A DNA stretch of 64,000 nt. Origin: Alphaproteobacteria bacterium (GTDB lineage: Bacteria; Pseudomonadota; Alphaproteobacteria; JAAXGF01). A program made the translations under genes and the position numbers. The notes beneath the pieces are model-generated. The model saw only the letters and a list, made by a program, of their open reading frames with translations, was not told the DNA's origin and searched no databases. The stretch lies in the NCBI GenBank assembly GCA_963555825.3, contig CAUVXB020000002.1:2560001-2624000 (forward strand), read 5' to 3'. Of this stretch, positions 58,367 through 64,000 are shown one piece after another (position 1 is the first letter of the stretch; every line of letters starts with the position of its first letter).

Positions 58367-59614
58367 TCATTCGCCATGATAAGTCCGAATTTCGTCTTGG
58401 AGTGATTTGTCTCTCGAACCCGCGTCGAGGGCAGCGGCTGCGAGGATCGCCGCGCAATCGCCCGTCGGCGGATAGATGCGCTGAGAGTTGATCTGGTGTT
58501 TGAGCTGCTTGGCCTCGTCCCGGGTCAATTCGACTCGGCGATCCCAGCCCGTCGTGAACACCGCCCCCCACGATCCCAAATCGAGGCAGGTGACGTATCT
58601 GGGCTGGCGGTAGGCCCGAAGCGGCAGGCCGAGGAGGTCGCGCGCTGTGTTGTAGCCGGCGAAGCGGCCCATGGTCAGGGCGTGTTGGCAGGACATCAGC
58701 GCCAGGCGATCGTCGTCGGCGTAGGCCCGCGCGATATCGCCGGTGGCGTAGACATCCGGGACCCCTCGAACGCGGAGCGCCTCGTCCACCGCGAGCCGGC
58801 CAATCTCGTCGCGCTCGGTGCCCAGCAGTTGCGCCAATGCGCTGGCGCGCAGCCCGGCGGTGACGACCACGGTCGCGGCGCCGATTCGCTCGCCGTCGCC
58901 GAGGACCACCGAATCGGAAGCGATACGTGCGACGCGGGTGCCGGTTCGCGTCTCGACGCTGGCGGAACGCAGGGCTTCCGCGATAAAGGGGCGCGGGTTG
59001 TCGCCGAGATTGCGGCCGATGACGTCGGATCGATCGACCAGTATGACCCGCGCCGCCGCGGCCGCCGCCTCGCCCGCATGGACCGCGATGCGGCATCGCA
59101 TCTCCATGGCGAGCTCGATGCCGGTGAAGCCACCGCCGATGATGACGAATGTGTCGTTGCCCGGGGTCCCGGGGTTCGCCGTCACCGTTCGAAGGTGGCG
59201 GTCGAAGGCGAGAGCGGCGTCGTAGGTGTCGATGTTCCAGCTGTGCTCGGCTATCCCCGGGATCGGCGGCGAATGGAGCGCGCTTCCCGTCGCCAGGACG
59301 AGCCGGTCGTAGCTAAGCACGATCTGGCCGCCGGAAGCTGCCGTCGCCGACACCGTATGTCGCTCGGCGTCGATGGCCGTGACGGTCGCTTCGACCAGTG
59401 CCACGCCGACGGGATCGAGTACCGGCCGCAGCGGGGTTCGCAACGTCTCGGGATCCCGTTCGTACAGTCGCGGGCGCACGGTGAGATAGCCGTCCCGCGA
59501 GACCAGGGTAACGCTTGTCCCGTTGCCCTCGCGGGCCTCCTCGATTTCGCGCTTCGCGGCGAGGGCCGCCCAGAGTCCGGCGAAGCCGCCGCCGACGATC
59601 AGAATCTTGTTCAT
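58367..59614 (-). CDS. FAD/NAD(P)-dependent oxidoreductase (NDH-2-like)
   Basis: IVGGGFAG, YDRLVLATG, IGGGFTGIELA, YATGD, MSCQHA. Confidence 0.88.
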   Translation of the reverse strand: MNKILIVGGGFAGLWAALAAKREIEEAREGNGTSVTLVSRDGYLTVRPRLYERDPETLRTPLRPVLDPVGVALVEATVTAIDAERHTVSATAASGGQIVLSYDRLVLATGSALHSPPIPGIAEHSWNIDTYDAALAFDRHLRTVTANPGTPGNDTFVIIGGGFTGIELAMEMRCRIAVHAGEAAAAAARVILVDRSDVIGRNLGDNPRPFIAEALRSASVETRTGTRVARIASDSVVLGDGERIGAATVVVTAGLRASALAQLLGTERDEIGRLAVDEALRVRGVPDVYATGDIARAYADDDRLALMSCQHALTMGRFAGYNTARDLLGLPLRAYRQPRYVTCLDLGSWGAVFTTGWDRRVELTRDEAKQLKHQINSQRIYPPTGDCAAILAAAALDAGSRDKSLQDEIRTYHGE

Positions 59615-59710
59615 TTTTGCGCCTCCCTACGAGGACATATCGTCTTAGGTGTCGCTGATAAAATGGGGCCCGTTGGGCCTTGTGCGCAAAGCATCATTTC
59701 TCTACGTTGC

Positions 59711-59725
59711 CTGAGAAAATCTCAG
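59711..59725. promoter_or_regulatory. LysR-type binding box CTGAGA-N3-TCTCAG (T-N11-A)
   Basis: Perfect palindrome containing T-N11-A between the divergent oxidoreductase and LysR genes. Confidence 0.7.
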
Positions 59726-59742
59726 ACTAACGGAGCCTTGCG

Positions 59743-60699
59743 ATGGCGCGCCGACTACCGCCCCTGAATGCGCTCAAGGCCTTCGAGGCCGCCGCACGGA
59801 ACGAGAGCTTTACGCGTGCGGCAGAGGAACTCTGCGTCACGCAGGGGGCTGTCAGCCATCAGGTGAAAGCGCTCGAAGCGGAGTTGGGCCTCAAGCTCTT
59901 CATTCGCGAGCCGCAAAGGCTCGTCATCACCGAAGCGGGACGCGACTATCTCGTTGTGGTGCGCGATGCATTGGACCGTATCGCCGTCGGAACCGAGCGG
60001 CTGCTCCAGCGGCAGAGTGCGGGGGTCCTCACTGTCAGCACGTCCCCCAACTTTGCCTCGAAGTGGCTCGTGCATCGTCTTGGCCGTTTTGCTGACGTCC
60101 ACCCATCGATCGACCTCAGGGTCAGCGCCACGCTTCACAATGTCGATTTCGCGCGCGAGGATATCGACGTCGCGGTCAGGGGCCTGCCCTCATCTCTCCT
60201 TACGACCCGGCACGGCGATAGAATTTCGCCAGGGCTCGAGGTCACACTACTCTGCACAGAGGAGCTTTTCCCGGTATGCAGCCCCAAGTTCCTGCGCGGC
60301 CGGCATGCCTTGCGCAGACCTTCGGACCTGGCCCATCATACGCTCCTGCATCTCGACCATCGTCAGGATTGGTCCAAGTGGCTCGATGCCGCCGGTGTCA
60401 ACGACGCCGACCTGTCGCGCGGCCCTGTCCTCAACCAGGCGAGCATGGTTGTTGATGCCGCGGTAGATGGTCAGGGCGTGGCGCTGGCGCGAACGGCCCT
60501 TGCGGCACAAGACCTAATTCGTGGCCGTCTCGTGCGTCCCTTCCCGCTGGCGCTGCCCGTTCCCTATGCTTATTGGATCGTCTGCCCGAAGGCGACGGCG
60601 AAGCTGCCCAAGATTGTGACCTTCCGAGAATGGCTCCTCGCCGAGGCAGCCGAAGAAGCGCAGCGCTTGCGGGAGATCGCACCAAAAGCCGCGCGCTGA
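59743..60699 (+). CDS. LysR family transcriptional regulator (GcvA/AmpR-like)
   Basis: RLPPLNALKAFEAAAR.ESFTRAAEELCVTQGAVSHQVK; GQGVALA; FREWL. Confidence 0.93.
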   Translation: MARRLPPLNALKAFEAAARNESFTRAAEELCVTQGAVSHQVKALEAELGLKLFIREPQRLVITEAGRDYLVVVRDALDRIAVGTERLLQRQSAGVLTVSTSPNFASKWLVHRLGRFADVHPSIDLRVSATLHNVDFAREDIDVAVRGLPSSLLTTRHGDRISPGLEVTLLCTEELFPVCSPKFLRGRHALRRPSDLAHHTLLHLDHRQDWSKWLDAAGVNDADLSRGPVLNQASMVVDAAVDGQGVALARTALAAQDLIRGRLVRPFPLALPVPYAYWIVCPKATAKLPKIVTFREWLLAEAAEEAQRLREIAPKAAR

Positions 60700-60829
60700 C
60701 GGATCTCGGTTGATATCGGTCCCGCCTCAGCCTTTCGATTGTCACAACGCCGGATCGCATGGTCTGCCCGAGCAATCTCCGATCATAGCCAGCAAAGCGG
60801 CCGGGTTCAAAACTATGTGGATGACTGCC

Positions 60830-60996
60830 CCGGCTCGATAGCGGCTGTGCCGATGACCGCGCCACGGTCTGCTGTCGGGCGCAACATAGACATGACCCGC
60901 TAAAAAGCCGACGTTCCGGGCGATGATCGAGCAGAATTTCAAACTGAGGCACGACCCCGGAAATCGGGCCTTGCCACGGGACGTGCGACCGACGCG
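60830..60996. repeat. About 170-bp dispersed direct repeat, copy B
   Basis: Same orientation as, and colinear with, 58101-58270. Confidence 0.8.
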
Positions 60997-61058
60997 TCGC
61001 ATGGTGTAAAATCGGCGCATCGGGGTATTGGCTTGCCGGCGAGGTCGGGAGGGGACGC

Positions 61059-62057
61059 ATGCGAAGCCGATTGACTGTGGCCGTGGTCGCCGTGGCGTGC
61101 CTCGTCGGGGCGCCCGGCGGCGCCTGGGCGCTCGAAGAGACCGTGCCGCCGGTCGGCACCGATCACGAGATGACCCTCGCCGAGCTGCGCTATTGCATAT
61201 TTCAGGGCGTGCGGCTGAAGAGCGCGAACGACGCGCTCGACGCGAGCTCGAGGCTCGAGATCGATCGGTTCAACGAATGGGTCGACGACTGGAACGCGCG
61301 CTGCGCGAGCTACCGCCATCTGCCGTCCGACCTCGACGCGGCCGAGACGTCGGCCGTGCTCAAGCGCATGCAACTGGAAACCGAGGGCAAGGCGCTGGTC
61401 ATCGGCTTGCGCACCGCGCGCGCCGCGTCGGTCTATCACGTCACCGCGTCGGCGTTGAACCTGCGCGCCGGCCCCGACCCGAGCCAATCGATCATCGGCC
61501 GCCTCGAGCGCTTCGAGGACCTGCGCGCCACCGGCCCGACGCTCGGCGAATGGCTGCCGGTCGAGGTCGACGGCATGGCGGGCTATGTGGCGCGGGCCTA
61601 CGTCATGCAGGGCTCGGGCGAGGCGCCGCGGCGCGCCTACTGCCGCTCGATCGCCGGCGCGCGCCCCGAGAACGGCGAAATCCTCGCCGGCGAGGGCAAT
61701 GGCCGGCACGTCGTGCGTGTCACCAACGGGCACGCGAAGGACGTTCTGTTCAAGCTCAAGGACAGCGCTGGGCGCACGCGGCTCGCCTTCTACGTCGTCG
61801 CCGGCCAGACCGCCGAAATCGGCGGCGTGCCCGACGGCGAGTACCGGTTGATGTTCGCCAGCGGCGACGGCTTCAGCCGCGGCTGCAACCGCTTCATCGA
61901 CACCATGCACGCCAAGGTCTTCGACAGGCGCAAGGTTTTCGAGACCGTCGTCGAGGGCGATGCGTCGTACTTCGGCACGTTGCGCATCACGCTGCCCGTG
62001 GTCGAGGGCAGCAATGTCGCGGCTAACGACATCGACCTCGACGCGTTCGACGACTGA
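61059..62057 (+). CDS. Secreted protein with a central bacterial SH3 domain
   Basis: Signal peptide; VTASALNLRAGP...IIGRL...EWLPVEVDGMAGYVARAYV. Confidence 0.82.
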   Translation: MRSRLTVAVVAVACLVGAPGGAWALEETVPPVGTDHEMTLAELRYCIFQGVRLKSANDALDASSRLEIDRFNEWVDDWNARCASYRHLPSDLDAAETSAVLKRMQLETEGKALVIGLRTARAASVYHVTASALNLRAGPDPSQSIIGRLERFEDLRATGPTLGEWLPVEVDGMAGYVARAYVMQGSGEAPRRAYCRSIAGARPENGEILAGEGNGRHVVRVTNGHAKDVLFKLKDSAGRTRLAFYVVAGQTAEIGGVPDGEYRLMFASGDGFSRGCNRFIDTMHAKVFDRRKVFETVVEGDASYFGTLRITLPVVEGSNVAANDIDLDAFDD

Positions 62058-62084
62058 TCCTTGGTATGAGCTACGGCCCGGCTC

Positions 62085-62351
62085 CTAGACCAGCTTACGG
62101 AACACGCGGATGGCGCAGACGAAGGAATCGAGCCGCATGCCGCTTTGCGTCAGGCGGTTTTCGATGCGATTGAAGTTAGGCTCGACGATGAGGCCGGCCA
62201 GGATCGCCCGGTCCATCGCCTCCTGAACCTTGTTGACGGTGTCGACGATCTGTTCGGCGATCTCGGGATCGGTCGGCTGATGGATTTCAGACACGGAGCC
62301 GGACGCTTCGACGGGTTCGGCCGTGGCCAGCATGGGAGTCACTGCATTCAT
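62085..62351 (-). CDS. Small hypothetical protein
   Basis: 88-aa ORF with plausible codon usage and a GAGGAAGG RBS. Confidence 0.6.
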   Translation of the reverse strand: MNAVTPMLATAEPVEASGSVSEIHQPTDPEIAEQIVDTVNKVQEAMDRAILAGLIVEPNFNRIENRLTQSGMRLDSFVCAIRVFRKLV

Positions 62352-62692
62352 TTCGCTGCCTTCCTCTTGTTGAATAAGTGACGGGTGCGCGTTTCACGCG
62401 CGGCGTCGGCCGTGCGCGGTCGTCGAAATGGCTGTACGGAAATGCCGCGTCCGTGACGGCGGTCGGGTGAGAACTCCAGGCGAAATCGGTCCGTCCTTTC
62501 GCTGGCCCCGCTACCTGACACAGGCCAGGCCGGAGGCTTTGCGTCCCGCCGTTGCCGGCGGTTTGCCATTTCGGGGAAGCCGGAACGCATCCGGGCCAGG
62601 GCCCGGCACCGCCTTCACATTCACCGATCGAGCCTAGCGCGAAGCCGGCGTTATGTCAGTGATGCCCGTCACCCGCCGCGGGCGGTTCCGGC

Positions 62693-62818
62693 TCAGAGGC
62701 CGAACGACGTGAGGCCGCGCTGCCAGACGCCCGCCTCGCGGTAGCCCGGCTCGATCATGATCAGGAACGGTTCGTGGGTCGCCCAGCCTAGCGCCAGGCC
62801 GTCCGGCACGTCGATCAT
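62693..62818 (-). CDS. Possible 41-aa peptide or gene remnant coupled to the upstream gene
   Basis: Manual translation MIDVPDGLALGWATHEPFLIMIEPGYREAGVWQRGLTSFGL; ATG overlaps the upstream stop (ATGA). Confidence 0.35.
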   Translation of the reverse strand: MIDVPDGLALGWATHEPFLIMIEPGYREAGVWQRGLTSFGL

Positions 62819-63714
62819 GCCAATAACTCAGTCACGTTCTCGGGGGCGACGACCCATAAATGAGAGGCGTTCTTGAACGTTACCGTCTTTTTCGAGACGT
62901 ACTTGTCGATGACGGCCATGACCTCGTTCTCGCGCCGACCCTTCCAGTACCCGTCGTTGGCGGCGACGAGAACACGGGTCTCGACGTCTATGGGGTTGCG
63001 AACATTGCGTAGCGTATGCTCGAGCATCTCGTTGAAGCAGCTCACGGAAACATAGTCCCAGTACAGATTGAAACAAATAAAACGCGATTCGAGGTCGGTC
63101 TTGAAGAAGGTTTTTTTCTGAGATTCGTATCTCCATTTGAACGTCGTGGTGGTTTCCGGGTTCAAGAACTTGAGCAGGTTGTGGTTGGGGTACGCCACCC
63201 AGCGGTGCTCGTTATGAACGAAGCCGTTCATGCGGTAGAAGAAGGGTTCCCAAGAGGTTTCTTCGAAGCGGTCGGGCGCGCAAGCGCCCCACAGAAGCGT
63301 CAGCCGCTTGCTCGCTCGCGCGTCGTTCAATTCATCATAGGCCCTGATGAAATCGTAGAAGCCGTTACTCGAGGCGATAACCGTGACGTCACCGTGCGCG
63401 GCGAGAAGGTCGGACAGGTCCTCGACGATCGCATCGCGCTTCTTGTCGACGTTCTCCACGGTATATTTTTCCCAAATGGGCTCGGTGGCGGAAAATTCGG
63501 GAAGGTAACAGCAGCGCACGTAAATGTTCGCGCCGTACCGGTTGAAGAGGCTGGGAAATATGAACCTGATCTGCCCCGGGACACCGCCGATCCCGGGAAC
63601 GAAATAGAAAATCTTACGAGCCGCTTTTTGACTGCCGTATTCATAAATGTCGTCGTAAAAATGCTTATAGAAGCCCAGGGACTCGATATAGCGTTTTCTG
63701 ATGGTGGCGCGCAT
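62815..63714 (-). CDS. Hypothetical protein, possible alpha/beta hydrolase fold
   Basis: YFVPGIGG, VIASSNG elbow-like motif, ANDGYW, ASHLW; aromatic-rich and lower GC. Confidence 0.65.
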   Translation of the reverse strand: MRATIRKRYIESLGFYKHFYDDIYEYGSQKAARKIFYFVPGIGGVPGQIRFIFPSLFNRYGANIYVRCCYLPEFSATEPIWEKYTVENVDKKRDAIVEDLSDLLAAHGDVTVIASSNGFYDFIRAYDELNDARASKRLTLLWGACAPDRFEETSWEPFFYRMNGFVHNEHRWVAYPNHNLLKFLNPETTTTFKWRYESQKKTFFKTDLESRFICFNLYWDYVSVSCFNEMLEHTLRNVRNPIDVETRVLVAANDGYWKGRRENEVMAVIDKYVSKKTVTFKNASHLWVVAPENVTELLA

Positions 63715-63813
63715 GTCACTTCTCCCGCGTTCTCTGGTTCCAGATAACCCGTGTGATGTCGATACCGAAGCCGAGCGGCAGGATACGGATGACCGCCATA
63801 GTGGGCCTCCAGG

Positions 63814-64000
63814 CTAGTCCATCATGCCGGGCAGCGCGGTGCTGAGCCGCGGCAAATAGGTGATCGCCAGCACGCCGGCGAGCATGATCGCGAAGAACGG
63901 CAGCGAGGCGCGGTAGACGTCCATCAGCGGGCGCTCGAAGCGGAACGCGGCGAGGAACAGGTTCATGCCGACCGGCGGCGTCAGGTAGCCGAGCTCCATG
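63814..64000 (-). CDS. dctM: TRAP transporter large permease, C-terminal fragment (continues beyond the window)
   Basis: ELGYLTPPVGMNLF...LPFFAIMLAGVLAITYLP. Confidence 0.85.
   Translation of the reverse strand, partial: MELGYLTPPVGMNLFLAAFRFERPLMDVYRASLPFFAIMLAGVLAITYLPRLSTALPGMMD

Noticed and set aside
58101-60996. Integron attC sites
   Set aside because: No clear RYYYAAC/GTTRRRY ends, the enclosed genes are divergent with their own promoter, and there is no intI in the window

Overview
High-GC, alphaproteobacterium-like chromosomal window. I saw no rRNA, tRNA or CRISPR array. It is dominated by catabolism of organic N and S compounds: an N,N-dimethylformamidase-like pair, an agmatinase-family enzyme, glxBCD/mgsABC-like genes with a glutamine-synthetase-family ligase, an amidinotransferase, choline sulfatase, a CntA-like Rieske oxygenase, an enolase-superfamily hydroxyproline/betaine enzyme, a SauS-like dehydrogenase with an ADP-forming CoA ligase pair, and several transporters. 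Mobile DNA comprises one IS1182, two near-identical inverted IS630 copies, a MITE-like element and two families of dispersed non-coding repeats. Repeat-domain proteins are frequent (TPR-CHAT, NB-ARC-TPR, ankyrin, Sel1-TPR, LVIVD, SH3). The most intriguing locus (35144-38811, minus strand) is a membrane-anchored NLR-like NB-ARC-TPR protein with a putative amyloid-signalling motif, followed by a 46-aa membrane peptide missing from the ORF track and a coupled secreted ankyrin protein. A second candidate is a His-rich 512-aa orphan coupled to a Rieske oxygenase whose Rieske motif is degenerate. All calls come from reading motifs by eye; no searches were run.
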